A stretch of 63,900 nucleotides of DNA, the filler included, from Sphacelaria rigidula (taxonomy: Eukaryota): the NCBI GenBank assembly GCA_964200075.2. It is 7 parts of 7 records of this genome, joined end to end, with 100 filler letters (N's around TTAATTAATTAA, not from the genome) between each part and the next. Parts side by side here need not be neighbours in the genome. Positions count along the whole stretch, not along the records: positions 45,716 to 54,758 come from CAXNAA020009447.1; positions 54,859 to 63,900 come from CAXNAA020009448.1; 5 more parts are not named here. One strand, given 5' to 3'. Below are positions 51,901 to 63,900 of this stretch, piece after piece. The stretch's first letter is position 1; the number at the start of each line of letters is the position of its first letter. Position numbers and translations under genes: made by a program. Below the pieces are notes generated by a model. That model made no database searches. It was not told where the DNA came from and was given only the letters and a program-made list of their open reading frames with translations.

Positions 51901-52440
51901 ACAGCCTCTGCATACCGGTTAGATAGGTTTAAACGGTTGAAAGGACTGGACAAAAGACAGGAGGAGCCAATCGCCCCGGCGAAGACGCGATTTTTTTGTT
52001 TTGCTATATCATGCCGACAAGGTGTGGGTTCGTTTGAACCATACGACGGACGATAAAGCACACAGCTTGTTGACAGCACTGATGGCAGCACGCCGAAATT
52101 TGTGTTTTAGTGCGGAGCGATGGCACGATAACCTGCGTCTTGCCGTTGATCCCAGTAAAGAAAAACAGCGCACATACATACCGGCTCTGCATGCAATTGA
52201 CTGCAGGGTCAAACTCAGTTACCGGTTCCCCGGGATAATTCCCATACATATGACAAATATTGACGTGTTCATGAAAAGTATCTTGCGTGGCGAGAGAAGA
52301 GCAGTTCTAAATCCCAAATGTTGCGTCGTCGAACCCGATCCACCCACGGGGGGGTCGTTGTCGACCAGGGGTGTGATGGACTTACACAACATACAAAATT
52401 GTCGGGTGCCGGTAAAACAGTTTTACAGGGGTGACAAGAT
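48960..52440 (-). mobile_element. Highly degenerate LINE (L1/Tx1-like) ORF2
   Basis: In order on minus strand: PYTLQDI...GTDGLQ-YELK (~51640-51570), LQGFRS (~51295), IFDFSNAF (~51225), and a Cys-rich C-terminal segment (CTHPCYEC, CDLC). No clear YADD; many frameshifts. Confidence 0.5.
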
Positions 52441-52459
52441 TGAGGAACACACAGCGGTA

Positions 52460-52731
52460 GCCGGTCGCCCCGGTGGCTCAGATAGTAACCTCGAAACCCT
52501 CTGACGGTTAGGACGTGGGTTCAAATCTCGGGAAGACCTGGGATTTTCTCCCACACCATGCCCAACAGTGGAGAGCGACTATGTCGTGGGTACACACAGT
52601 TCGACTTCACGGCCGACGAGGGAAGGGAGCGCTGAACCCCTCTCGGTAAAAAAAAAGACAAGCACCGCAGAAGGAAGGTGGGGTGCTAAAAACAAATGAA
52701 GAAGAAAAAACTCCTTTGTTAGCCTTCCTCT
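52460..52731 (+). mobile_element. SINE family 1 with intact 5' end, 3'-truncated
   Basis: TGGCTCAGATAG A box, GGTTCAAATC B box, conserved body. Confidence 0.9.
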
Positions 52732-53240
52732 GGGCGAAAAAAGTATTTTCAGGGCCTGTCTTAGTACTTTCTTTTTCGATCGAAAAAATGAGGCGGTGGA
52801 ATTGATTCGAGCGAACATTTCTCGTTTTGATGCAGTTGGATTCGGATGGATTTAAAAGTTGTCGATCGAAGAAAGACAGTGAAAATCGTAAAACGGTACA
52901 TGGTCACTCGTGTACAGTACAGACAGTCTGTACTGTCTGCACTGCTTGCAAGCAGGCTGTCTTGAGTGCGTGTGTGCGTGTTTCGTGCAGGACGATATAC
53001 AGGAGAAGCGGGCAACGTGCAGTGCAGACTGCGCAGGACTATCAATTTTCTCTGCTTATAACGCGACGTGAAAAGGACTTCATTCAGCAACGTGCAGCTT
53101 TGTATTGCCTGCTGCACTGTCCATGAGCGTGCACGCAACTTGGTCTGCAGTTCACAACGATATGCTCAAGTCGAGCTGATACACTTGAGGAGTTATGGTT
53201 GGAGATGCAAATGCGGCACTCTTTGCTGACCCAGCCTGCA

Positions 53241-53448
53241 CGGTCGACTAGGGAAAGGGATTGCTGAACCCCTCCCGCGTTAAAAAATAAAAGCAAGCAC
53301 CGCGGAAGGAAGGTGGAGTACTAAAAACAAAAACAAAACATAAACACTCCTGTGTTGACCTTCCTCCTGTGTGACCCCGGCTGATGCGCTCACATATACC
53401 GAAAGGTGTAGACTGGTGCCCAGAATAAATGGGACGACAACACACACA
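53241..53448 (+). mobile_element. SINE family 1, 5'-truncated
   Basis: Matches 29600-29810 and ends in ACAACACACAC. Confidence 0.9.
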
Positions 53449-54254
53449 TTACACGAAGTTCGAACATATGTGCCTTGAAACCAACCCTCAGATTAGATGG
53501 GACGACAACATACGCAGACTACTGTAGTGCAGCAAAATATTACCATAGCACCAGGACACGGCGTAAACATTTCTTATCCGCTTGTCAAACCTCGTGCGAA
53601 GCGCAGCTCTCCAAGCACAGACAGTTCAGCAGTACAAGGTCGCACCTGTACAGTCTCCATTTGTCACCGTGGAAGCCGAGATACGTCTCCGCCGCCCGCG
53701 GACGATGCGACCAGAAGTGCCTGTACGTTTACCGTTTGTCGACAGTCGACACACGGGGAGTAGTTCGAATCAATTAGATCACGTACTTCAACACCTCCTC
53801 CCATCTCAGCTACGGACGGCATCGGCATGCACATGCGAAGACAAAGAAGAGAGCAGCAATGAAGCTGAACCTTCTTGACGGGTTTGAAAAGTTATTCGGA
53901 GAGCCGGTTGCTGCGTGTGATGCCTCCAACCTCCAAAAGTGCCTCGTTTGAACTTGCGACAGTCAAGTCTGAGAAGTTGAATCAGGACCAGCGCTGGTCA
54001 AAAGGGGTCGAGCTGGGCTGTTCTTGAGACAGCTCACAGACAGAAGCGAAACACAACGCCGTGGGCACCAATGGAGCTGAAACTTCCAGACGGCATCTCG
54101 ATCGATGTTAGAAGAGCGACGGGATCGTTTTTTCGCGCAACGCGGCTTCGAATCCATTCGAGAAAACAAAATGCGTGGTTCTGGGCTTCGTTGTGAGAGC
54201 GGACGGATAGGATAGGATAGGACACGTTTTGAATTTTGGTTCAGTAGAAAAACA

Positions 54255-54485
54255 AATAGAGACATGACAAAATTTCGATTTCAATATAGCGTAAATAACA
54301 TGCAGAGAAAGAGGTTGCCAGCTATAGTTGATAGGGCTGTATGGAAGAAAAGTATGAAAGGGCAGGCTGGACTAAGGTCGGATAGAGAAGTCGAGGAAGT
54401 GTGGAAGGAGATAGGCGGAAATCAAGACGAAATACTGTCTATAGATGAAGACGCGGAGTACAAGTCAAAAGTAAGAGACATCAAA
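54255..54485 (+). mobile_element. LINE ORF2 C-terminal fragment, probably the same group as 11280-12420
   Basis: KFRFQYSVNNMQRKRLPAIVDRAVWKK...EEVWKEIGG resembles the post-RT region of LINEs (RLP motif). Confidence 0.55.
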
Positions 54486-54758
54486 CAGAGGATTCTACAA
54501 AATTAGGGTCATCAATGAAATGAGGTTCGAGCTCAAAACAGTACTTTCTCCACGCTTTCAGCGATGGTGCCCAACGACTTTCTTGTCGGCCTAATGCCCC
54601 TCGATCGCGTAGATACTTCTTCGGCGCGTTATATCGACTCTGTGAGCTCACAGCGCTGTCCGAAACCGCCATTTCTAATTTTGTTTAGGGGGAGGGGGGT
54701 GATATCAGGGAAAACAGCAGTTTCGGTCAGCGCTGTAAGCTCACAGAGTCGGTAAAAT
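54486..54758. mobile_element. Foldback MITE of the CAGnGGATTCT family, cut by contig end
   Basis: TIR motif at 54486-54530; internal inverted repeat 54631-54670 / 54717-54758; 54515-54560 resembles 63855-63900. Confidence 0.7.
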
Positions 54759-55178
54759 NNNNNNNNNNNNNNNNNNNNNNNNNNNNNNNNNNNNNNNNNN
54801 NNTTAATTAATTAANNNNNNNNNNNNNNNNNNNNNNNNNNNNNNNNNNNNNNNNNNNNGGAGCCCCTGAACTAGACAAAATTTCGCGAAAAAAGTGCACC
54901 CCTACCGTAGCATTGCTCTCCTCGAAAACGAACGCTTACGGCTGGATTCCTGGCGGATCAATCAATTTGCGACAACCAACCGACCAACCAACCAACCATA
55001 ACCGGACTTCGATCAATCAATCAGCGCACATAATCAAGAAGCACATAGGCAGTCGAAAAATATCAGGGGACGAGAAAAGGAAACAACAATGTCAGGGGGG
55101 AAAACAACAGACGATAAACCAGAAAAATCACAGGAAGCCGAGAGAGGAAGAAATGATACGATATGACCGGCGCATATA

Positions 55179-55391
55179 GTGTAATGCGTGAGATGACCGC
55201 GTGCTTAGAGGGCCGCATCGGAATTTGAACATCTCCATGGCTAGGGGTAGGGTTAGGGTTAGTGTTGGGGTTATGGTCAGGGGTGTGGTACCTGCACGGA
55301 CTGGCCCGATTGGTTTTGAAAAACATCGATCCTGCGGTGTTTTGAACTACGGCGGGGTTCTCTAAGCACGCGGTCCTCTCCCGCAAAACAT
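55179..55391. mobile_element. Second copy of the 213-bp telomere-repeat MITE, TSD ATA
   Basis: Collinear with 15835-16047, same length, ATA on both flanks, right TIR partly decayed. Confidence 0.9.
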
Positions 55392-56929
55392 ATAGTACAG
55401 CGTATTCGCCGACGAAAGCGCCGCGTCCACCCGGCGAAATCGTTTTTTCGTTTGTGTCTCTTTACTTCTCTTCCTTGTATTTTGTCCCTAGTGGCTTTCC
55501 TCCCGACCGACTATGCCGCCACCATTTCGATAGATCCGTTGTTCACCTGGTCGTACCATCGGATACAATCGTTGTTTTCAGCCAGCGGAGGTTTTACAAC
55601 TATCATGTCCGATTGCAATTTTTCTCACGTCGTTGGTCACTTGGCGTGTTTACTTTATTTTTTCCGCTCCCGTCCTTCCCATCCAAGACTCTGCCCATGA
55701 TCCTCCCGGGTCAGCGTTCGGTCTCCAGGCGTACGATTTTTGCAACGAACAAGAGCTCCCGTATCTCGGTCGTCGTTTCGATATCGTCGCAGTCCACCTT
55801 CTGGAGAACTTTCACGTGGAAAAAAACATTCCCCGTGGGTTTGCGGAATGCCGAATTCACAGCAGTAGCAGGAATCGGGGGCGGGAGTGTCGTGTGTTGT
55901 TTGTTATGGCGCTTCAGCATCCGTATTCAGGAATCGTGGAGGAGAAGTTCGAGCACCCTTGCTATCAGCATCCGGGTTGTGAGGTCCAACGGCACGGCCC
56001 ACGTTCCTCCGTCGTCGAGCACTCGGCCGGACTCCCGGCACGGGTCCGGCATGTAAACCCGGGGGTCATATCGGCCACTCTGCTGATGGATGCTCCTGGG
56101 TATATACGAATTTATCTGTTTGGTATGATGTTGCTCCGCTGCCCTGATGTCCCTTGTGTTCGCTTCTGGGTGCGGCGAAAGGGTGCGAATGGTCCACGTC
56201 TTCCGCGCCCGACAAGGGCAGTCTGAATACTTCGCACGCTGGGGCAATGACCATCACCATCTTGGCAAAGTTCGTTTGTGACCTTGACAATACCAGCGTC
56301 GTCAGTGCATAGCGTAGCCCTTAGCTGCTCTCAACGTGTCTTGTTTGATTTGATTGGTTCGACTGATCGTTGAACGTCAGCCGATCCCCGAGGGGTCCAG
56401 CTATGGCCACGACGTTGTGTCCCTTCATTTTCCAATGGTCAAGAACCGGGCGGCACCTGACCCTCCAAACAGTCAGAAGCCGGCATTTGTGACCAGAGTG
56501 CTCACCAATCAACAGTCAGGGGCCTGCTTCTTATGCATCTCTGTTCGGGCTGTTGCACCACAATCTCTTACTTGTTGTCTCGGAAGGCGCTACTCTACTT
56601 CCCTTGTGTCCCCTACTCCCTCGCCCCCTCGCCCCCCCGCCCCCTTCTCGTTCCGGTCCGTATCTTACACCATGTCTTCACGTACTGTTCCGCCCCGTAG
56701 GATTACAACAGTGACGTCCTTATTGCCGTGTTTATTTTCACTGTAAGGAGGAGGAAGCCGGACCCAACACGTACCCTACAAGTGGGTTTGTGTGCCGATT
56801 ACCCCGAGGCTCGGTCAGACTGCCTCATGACAGTCATGTGGGGTAGGCGCCTAGAGCGTTCCCAAGCGTTGCTCAAGGCAGTGCAGGGGTCCGACCCACT
56901 AAAACCCCCTGTCCATTTGGCGCAGTAGA

Positions 56930-57305
56930 CCTACCGCCCCACTCTTATAAGCGTCGGCCCTAGACTTTCGTAGTGGTGTTTGGGACGGCGGTGAAAACGA
57001 TTATACGTTTGATGTCGAATCGCAGCGAGGCCAGCACGCAACCTTGTGGGAGCCCTTGTTCGAGTTCGAGCCGGCCCAATAACTCTCCATCGTTCATACA
57101 TACACAATCTCGCATCCCGCCGTGATTGCCGCATGACTGCGACGATCTTACTGGATACCCCGAACCATGCTAGCGTGTCCAAAAGACGGTGCTGTTGACC
57201 AATCAAAATATTAATGTTATACCTGTTGGGAGGCAGTGAAGCTCATATCTACGGCGGATTGCTGTGGGCTCTGTCGAGCTCCTGTAGCCTGCACATGAGG
57301 AACGT
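56930..57305 (-). mobile_element. RTE-like LINE reverse transcriptase fragment
   Basis: FLMCRLQEL, RLLDTLAWFGVSSKIVAVMRQ and EQGLPQGCVLASLRFD in the expected order. Confidence 0.8.
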
Positions 57306-57878
57306 CATGTCAAATATCGAGCGTTGAGAGTGAAACCCACACAATTGTTGTGGAAGAACTTTGTTCCGCTCCAGATGCGTGCATTGAGCCGCTTTGTGAC
57401 TACCCTGAAATCTTGAGGAATGAATTCAGTGTTATCCCATGGATTCTTTTTTGAATAGTCCTTTAAACGCCTCCGCGAAAAATGGTGGATGGTGGCGAAG
57501 ATCCCGATTTCGCGAAGACGGCCCGCATGTGCTGTGCATGCAGCGCCGGCCCAGACAGCATCGCCTAGGCGGAGGGAGACTGCGCGATGAACGATCAAGG
57601 TGTGTTGATATATAGACCCGGAGTTCCACTTGCAGGTTGCAATGGTAACAGTGCTGTATGCAACGAGTTATGGCAGAATCCGCGCAGCCTAGGGTGAACC
57701 TCCCCCCCCCCCCCCGCCCCCCCACCCACCGGCCTCTAGACATGCCTATGACACGTTAGCTAAACATTNNNNNNNNNNGTCGTGCTCTAAGTGCGCGCGT
57801 TTCCGCCATCTGCGTGCGAATCCCGGCGGGCTTGGGCGCGCCCCCCCCCCCCCCCCCCAAGGCGTAGTGAATTTAGCA

Positions 57879-58310
57879 TGTAGGATCCTGGATGATGACT
57901 AGGGGATAACGGTATCCTGTGGATGATGACCCTTGCTGTGTAGCCCAGCCGGATGGTGCGGGCCGCAGCTGTTTACTCTATGAATATAACAAGTGAGAAG
58001 AAAGGACTTGTTGAGCACGAGGCCAGTGCTACTGGAGGAGTCCTTCGTGGATAGCCCTCTTGTCCAAATCGTCTGGCAGAGGCTATAATATCTAGATATC
58101 ATAGCCTCTGCCAGACGATTTGGACAAGAGGGCTATTCAGTGAGGAACTTCTTCAGAACCCACTGGCCTCACGCTCGATAAGAACTTCTCTTAGAGCTTC
58201 TAATCACGAAGTAAGCAACAGCAGCCCACTGGCTACACATCAAAGGCTACACTGTGAGGGTCATCATCCACAGTGTACCTTGTCACATAATCATTATTCA
58301 GTATCCTACA
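57879..58310. repeat. Loop-less foldback, ~430 bp, centred on TCTAGA (58091-58096)
   Basis: 58051-58136 is an 86-bp palindrome with one mismatched pair; outer arms pair imperfectly out to TGTAGGAT...ATCCTACA. Confidence 0.93.
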
Positions 58311-60543
58311 CGTTCAACGCAACGGCTTGGCACCATTTTGGGTTACATGGCTGAAGTTTGAAAAATGTCAATTTTACTCCACACCAGCACATAGATGCTG
58401 TGGGGAGCCCTCTTTCTGTGGCACTAGCTGTTCACCCCAGTTCAAGTCAGGCCCGCGCAGTACAGTACCATGCAACCCAGGGCAGCACAGAACAGCACAA
58501 CTTCGTCCAGTAAAGTACAGTGCACCACAGAATAGTGAACAGTCTGTCAAGTGTAATACTTGGGTACGAACAGCGCCAATTTCAAGAAGAAACACGATGA
58601 ACAGTGCGGCTGTCGTGCGTATATGGCGGTCATGTCGAAGCCATCAAGATTTACGACGTGCGACATGCGGCCGTGGGTCATGTGTAATTCTATGAATTAT
58701 GTGCTTCATGGAGGAAGATACTCATCACACTTGATAGGCTTTTTGCGCAACGAGCGCATGTTGGGAAGCTTCACTCGGGTTCCAACGACCCCATACGTGC
58801 AGCGAGATCAACGGAGTTGACATGAACATAGATTTCGAGTTGTGATGTTGGACGGTACGATAGTATGATGATCGCATCGGCGGTCATGAGAAATGATGGC
58901 GCGGCAAACAAAACTTTGTGATTGTTGGACGGCACAGCATGAGAACCGCACGATGGAAGGCACTTGAGATCAAAAGCGTTGACGTACAGCCATACGCGCA
59001 CCCCCACCCCCCAGTACAATCGCTAACAGTAGATGTGGAAGATCACCAAGACTCACAGTTGGGATGTAACGTTTCGAGCATATTTCTGAGACGTCGGCCG
59101 GGGCAGTCTAAACGTGAAAAACGACGCCGCAATCGATCCCGAGGTTAGAGTGGCCACAGCACCCCGATGCAGTAATACCGTGCGAAGTAGAGCTGCTGAA
59201 GATTGTTCGCGCCTGACTACTCATCCCTTGTTAACGCAGATGAGTGTGGACTTTGAGCTAAGTTAAGGAGGTCTACATTTGGGCATAACATCCGTTCACA
59301 TGAACCCCCGACTCCTACGTTCGCAAATGAAAGAGACCAGGCGGCTGACGTCGTGTGCCCATCTGATGATGTGCTTTCTCCTCCGGACAGGTAGTGAAGC
59401 CCTTGCACCACTTCGGCCTCCATCCCGTCCGACACATTTCAAACGTACAGTGTCGGTGGAAAGTCTGAGGGACATCGCCAGGGGACACGCCGGCGTAGGT
59501 GACCCAGCGCGAAAGCGGCCAGCCCCCTCGTCGAACGGAAACGACAAAGTGACTGTACCGAGTGATGCTGCTGTAGGGGTTTACTTTTCAGTCCAAAGGC
59601 TTCTGAGGCTACGCACTAAGGCCTAGATATTTGTCATCGAGAGCCTCCTACAGCAAAGAGCCCTACAAAGCAAATATGCACCCCTACCGTGTCATTGCTC
59701 TACTCTCCAGTGCCTTAGTGGGATCGATCGCGCGCTCTGATGGAGCACTTGCATAAAACCACAGGTTGACGGAGGCAAGCAACCTGACGCTGGGATTACG
59801 AGCGATAGATGGGAGACGAAGCCCCTCCGTCCACGTTGCTCCAAACGTGCGATTGTTGGTTCAATCCTCCTCCCCTTAGCCCTGCCGATCCGGAGTTCGT
59901 TGCGAAAGCACGAAATAAAGGAATTGCGGGCCTCGAGGCGGGGCGCGCCGTGAGGCTGGAGGCCGTTCAACCGTGTCTGACAAAACCCAGAACCACAGCA
60001 AATGCCCGTGCTGTTCTCGACAAGCGCACAAGGGAGAAAGCGGCGCGAAGTTCCGATGTTGCGGCACAGTCAACGCAGGGTGGAGAAGGTAAGCGGGATC
60101 GAGGGGACTTCATGCGATGGACGGCAGAAAATTATTTACTTCCTGCCTTCCGCCGTGGCGCCCGAGGCAGCCATGGCGGCCGACGTTGACATTCGCGAAA
60201 TGCGTGCCAGAGTGCAAGAGCTGCAGCGTTTGGTCTCCCGCCTCAGGGCCCAACTCGCGAGTGGTTCGCGCGTACAATCCGCGCTCAAATGGATGATAGC
60301 TGCCAAGTCGGCGGAGGAGAAACGGGCCGTGGTCATAGTGGCTAGGTTTATAGTTACGATGGACGCCAAAGGTGCACAAGAACTGCGGGATGTGTTTGAG
60401 GATAGGAGCGAGAAATACAAGGCTAACATCTCCAGAAATATTCGCTTCATGAATCATTTATTGACGCATGGTACATCGCCAGCACCGTTGGTGTTACTGA
60501 GTAATCTGTGCTATTTGAATGCGTCGAGTGATGACCCGGGCTT

Positions 60544-60807
60544 GAATCCTCCTACAACCCCCCCCCCCCGAAAACCAGCCCGAAACTATCACAAAGAAAA
60601 TTGTCATACAGCGCCTGATGTTTGGTTGCAGGCTGCATGTTGCAGGCTGCATGAAGCGCCTCATCAGGGCGACATTTGCGCAAACGAACCCAAGCATGGG
60701 AATTCCCAGCTGCTCGTTGTGCTCGGCGCTCTTCATTTCGATTTACGTGTAAATTTTGCCTCCCCGAACCAGTCACTTTTTGGGAGGGGGCTATCGTAGA
60801 AAGTGTC
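60544..60807. mobile_element. MITE copy 1 (left TIR decayed)
   Basis: Collinear with 60844-61067; right TIR GGGGGCTATCGTAGAAAGTGTC. Confidence 0.8.
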
Positions 60808-60843
60808 ACTTGCTTTTTCCCGTGGGGGAAGGAGGGGAAGAAG

Positions 60844-61067
60844 GACACTTTCTACGATAGCCCCCCCCTCGAAACCAGATTGAAATGCTCGAAAAAAATG
60901 GTCATACAGTGCCTGATGCTCGGGTTCAGGCTGCATGAAGCGCCTCCTATAGGCGACATTGGCTAGAACAAACCCAAGCGCGGGGATTCCCAGCTTCTCG
61001 TTGTGCTCGGCTTTTCCCATTTCGATTTACGTGAAGATGTTTGGGGGGGGCTGTCGTAGAAAATGTC
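60844..61067. mobile_element. MITE copy 2 (224 bp), ~24-bp TIRs, 4-bp TSD GAAG
   Basis: GACACTTTCTACGATAGCCCCCCC...GGGGGGGCTGTCGTAGAAAATGTC; GAAG at 60840-60843 and 61068-61071. Confidence 0.9.
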
Positions 61068-63437
61068 GAAGGGGGCTCCGTACATGTGCTTCGCACCATC
61101 GCGGCGGATGATGTTGCCATGCCGATGGCGCTCGGGGTGGGGCGGCGGGGTTGCTGGGCACCGCTGAGGGCTCTGGTGGTGGTACAGCACGACGGGGACG
61201 GGGGAGAGCAGTTGAAGGGGAATCGGCGATGTCCCGCGCCTGCGCAACAGCGCATGGATTGGCGCAGCGGCGGAAGGTATTGCAGAGGAAGATCAGGAAC
61301 AGGAATAAGCAGATTGGGGGGCTTTTCACGCTGGCGAAAAATCTCGTGAAGACTGTTGTAGGCCGGGGATTTCGAGCGATCCATGACTTCCATTTAGCCC
61401 AGGTGTTGAAAACGCACGGAACATCCGTGGCTGTCATTGAACACGTCGCCGCTCACGGATTCTGCATGACAGAGTCGATGCGATACAAGCGAGAGCAGTT
61501 GTTCGTGAAGTCGAGGTTGGACTAACATCCGATGGACCTTGCATTGAGGGCCGCTGCGATCCCTTAGGACAACTGCGATTTTCGGCCCACGACGGCTGTT
61601 ACTGAAGCCGCCGCACATGTGAGTACTTTAGCTGTCATCTGTGTGGCTGTCGAAAGCCTGCCTGGGAATCTGTTGCTCATACGGGCGCAACGCTAGCAAG
61701 AGCAGCTGTGGCCGCGGGTATTATGACGAGATACCTCAGGCACAAAGGTGGGGAGCGATGGGATCGTTGTCTCTCCGTCTTCGACGATGCAGCATTCCGT
61801 TATGCGGTGGCAAGGATTGTAGGCGAAGGTGGCGACATCCACACGTGCTTGGAGATCGAACTCAAACAGGGGAGACGCGTTGTCCATTTTGTGTACAGTT
61901 GGTCCGAACGTGTTCACGAACTTGTCGAACCTTTATCTATAGTGTTGTTCGGGATATTAGCGTGAAAACATGGCAACATGACGTGCTGACGCATGTGGAC
62001 CGGCGCAATGCCAAGCATGAGAATAATATTTTGATCTTGGCGCTGTCATCACATGCACTCCAGGTCGTTCACATAGCGATTGGTTGTTGTTTTACAGTAA
62101 TGGCAGAAATCCCTACAGCCGCCCGCATGCCGGTGATCCAGCTGATGCGACTGGCACCGACAACTTCCGAATGATGTGGGCATCATGAAGAGTTGGTCCA
62201 ACTCGAAGGCACCGTTGATCGACTCATTAACATACGTAAATGAGAGGGGCCCGGCGGTGGCGTGTATGGTTGCCGGCAACGAGGAGACGTTTCGCTTCAT
62301 GTATAACTTGGTCAGGAGTAACCCTGGCCACTACTCCTGGCTCAGAAATAAACGTGGGTGACTGGCACCTTCTGTACCACATGGCGAAAGTATTTATGAA
62401 CCGGAAATAGGGCGCGGAGATGAAGCAGATCGAAGACGCACTTGGTGTGGACGGAAGAAAAGCATCGGAGGCTAGCAACTATCGGGTGGCACACAATACC
62501 ATCAATTATTCAAAGCAATGGGGGTAAACTCGTTACCATGTACTACTCAGAGCATGGCACCGGTATGGAGGTCACCAACGCCGAAGCCGCGGCGGGCTCG
62601 GCCGCTGAAGCATCAGGCTCCGCCACAGCAGCCGCATTAAGCCCCGCGGAAACAGCAGTATGAGCACCGGCCGCGGTGACAACACCACCCATGCCACCGA
62701 ATATCGCCTGTAAAGTACAACCTGCTGGAGCCACCATGCCATCGCCTCTGCGGAACGAGAGTACAGCTTTGCCTACACTCGGCGTCGGGCTGGCAGCGTC
62801 CTCTTCCACCCTAACAACACCAGACGGTGCAGGGGCGACGGGGGGTGTCTGCGCGTGTCAGCAGTCAAGTCGACTGCGAAGCGTTCCGTCTCCAAACCTT
62901 GTTGTGGGATGCTCACAGTGGACTTCAACGCCACGTATGGAACGCCGAGTCGGAGAAAAAGACTCACCACAAGGATGGTAGGAGATCGGCGAGCAGAGAG
63001 GTGGTGGAGCTTACACGGGACAATTTAGTTGTGTACTTGTCAACCTACACGTACGTTGGTGCATCCAGGAAAGTGAGACTCACGCAAGCCGGAAAAGGCG
63101 GCGCAAAGAGGTCACTAGTGCCGAAACTGCAGGCATTTGAGGAACGGCACATTGAGCTGCCGTTGCCAGGGTCACTGCGTTTTGCTTTCGTCCCCTTCCC
63201 CAGCGACTAGCGCAACTCTCACCGGTGACACCGCCGGGGGAAATATTGGCGCACACCGCTGATCTCCTCGGGAGAGGTGGACCCACGGCGAACCATGAAA
63301 GGTGCAGGACAACGGCGAACCACGGAAGAGGCGGGCCAGCGGCGTACCGTGGACAGGCCGAGGCGGATGGAACGAGGAAGGCGTGGGGGGTAGCTCTTAG
63401 TAGGGATCATGCTGGAGAGTCGTGCTTTGGCGACGGC

Positions 63438-63742
63438 GGAAGGTCGGATCCGGGAACAGATCCTATCAGTCGTTATATTGTTGCGACGGCGGGTCAGATG
63501 GGCCCGTCACCCGCGGCTTGAAGGTTTCAGCCGGGATCTGCACTGGAAATTCGTATTCCTCGTGAGAGAGTCTGAGAGAGAGGACTCGGTGGAAGGTCGG
63601 ATCCGGGAACAGATCCTATCAGTCGTTATATTGTTGCGACGGCGGGTCAGATGGGCCCGTCACCCGCGGCTCGAAGGTTTCAGCCGGGATCTGCACTGGA
63701 AATTCGTATTCCTCGTGAGAGAGTCTGAGAGAGAGGACTCGG
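63438..63742. repeat. Near-identical tandem duplication, 153-bp unit
   Basis: 63438-63590 is repeated from 63591; one visible internal substitution (CTTGAA vs CTCGAA). Confidence 0.95.
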
Positions 63743-63900
63743 CATCGAAAGCGGGCAATGGCCATGATGATGATTTCGCGTTTTGGTTGGGTCTGTTGGG
63801 ACATTCGGAGACATCATTCTATAACAAAAAATTGTGCGAATTGAGGCTTAACTCCGAGATGAGGTTCAAGCCTAAAGCAGTGCTTTCCCCACACTTTCAG

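Larger units (their letters stand above)
59750..63210 (+). pseudogene. DUF6589/Academ-like transposase pseudogene with coiled coil and a C-terminal SAP-like motif
   Basis: LKTHGTSVAVIEHVAAHGFCMT; IP*DNCDF (DN at 61568-61573); VAGNEETF; YSWL...GDWHLLYHMAK (frameshift at ~62357); ALGVDG; LTRDNLVVYL...GGAKRSLVPKLQ. Stops, frameshifts and MITE insertions. Confidence 0.6.

Noticed and set aside
55450-56300. Gypsy integrase remnant (WAVPL, HKGHQG)
   Set aside because: Motifs too weak and no supporting D,D-35-E residues.
60002-60799. 265-aa ORF as an intact gene
   Set aside because: Its last third is read-through into a MITE; the rest belongs to the broken transposase.

Overview
This window is not one locus. 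Six identical 100-nt spacers (44 N + TTAATTAATTAA + 44 N) split it into seven contigs of 9043 bp (the last is 9042 bp), so it is a concatenation of length-sorted contigs and adjacency across spacers means nothing. The DNA is eukaryotic, repeat-dense and apparently gene-poor. A brown alga (Phaeophyceae) is my best guess from the GTGAGT/GTGCGT donors, TTAGGG tracts and repeat families, but this is inference. I found no intact host gene, rRNA, true tRNA or CRISPR array. Recognisable content: a Ty1/Copia remnant with PPT and complete 3' LTR, LINE fragments (RTE-like, CR1/L2-like, L1-like), two tRNA-derived SINE families, several MITE/foldback families, and four degenerate DNA-transposase genes (hAT-like; intron-containing Sola1/DUF7869-like; KDZ-like with a SWIM-like motif; DUF6589/Academ-like). 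The most unusual items are a 213-bp MITE carrying telomere-like repeats that inserted in frame into a transposase, a loop-less ~430-bp foldback with a near-perfect apex, and a KDZ-like family seen on two contigs with a flipped terminal hairpin. Family names come from motif recognition by eye and need HMM confirmation. I cannot demonstrate a new functional system.
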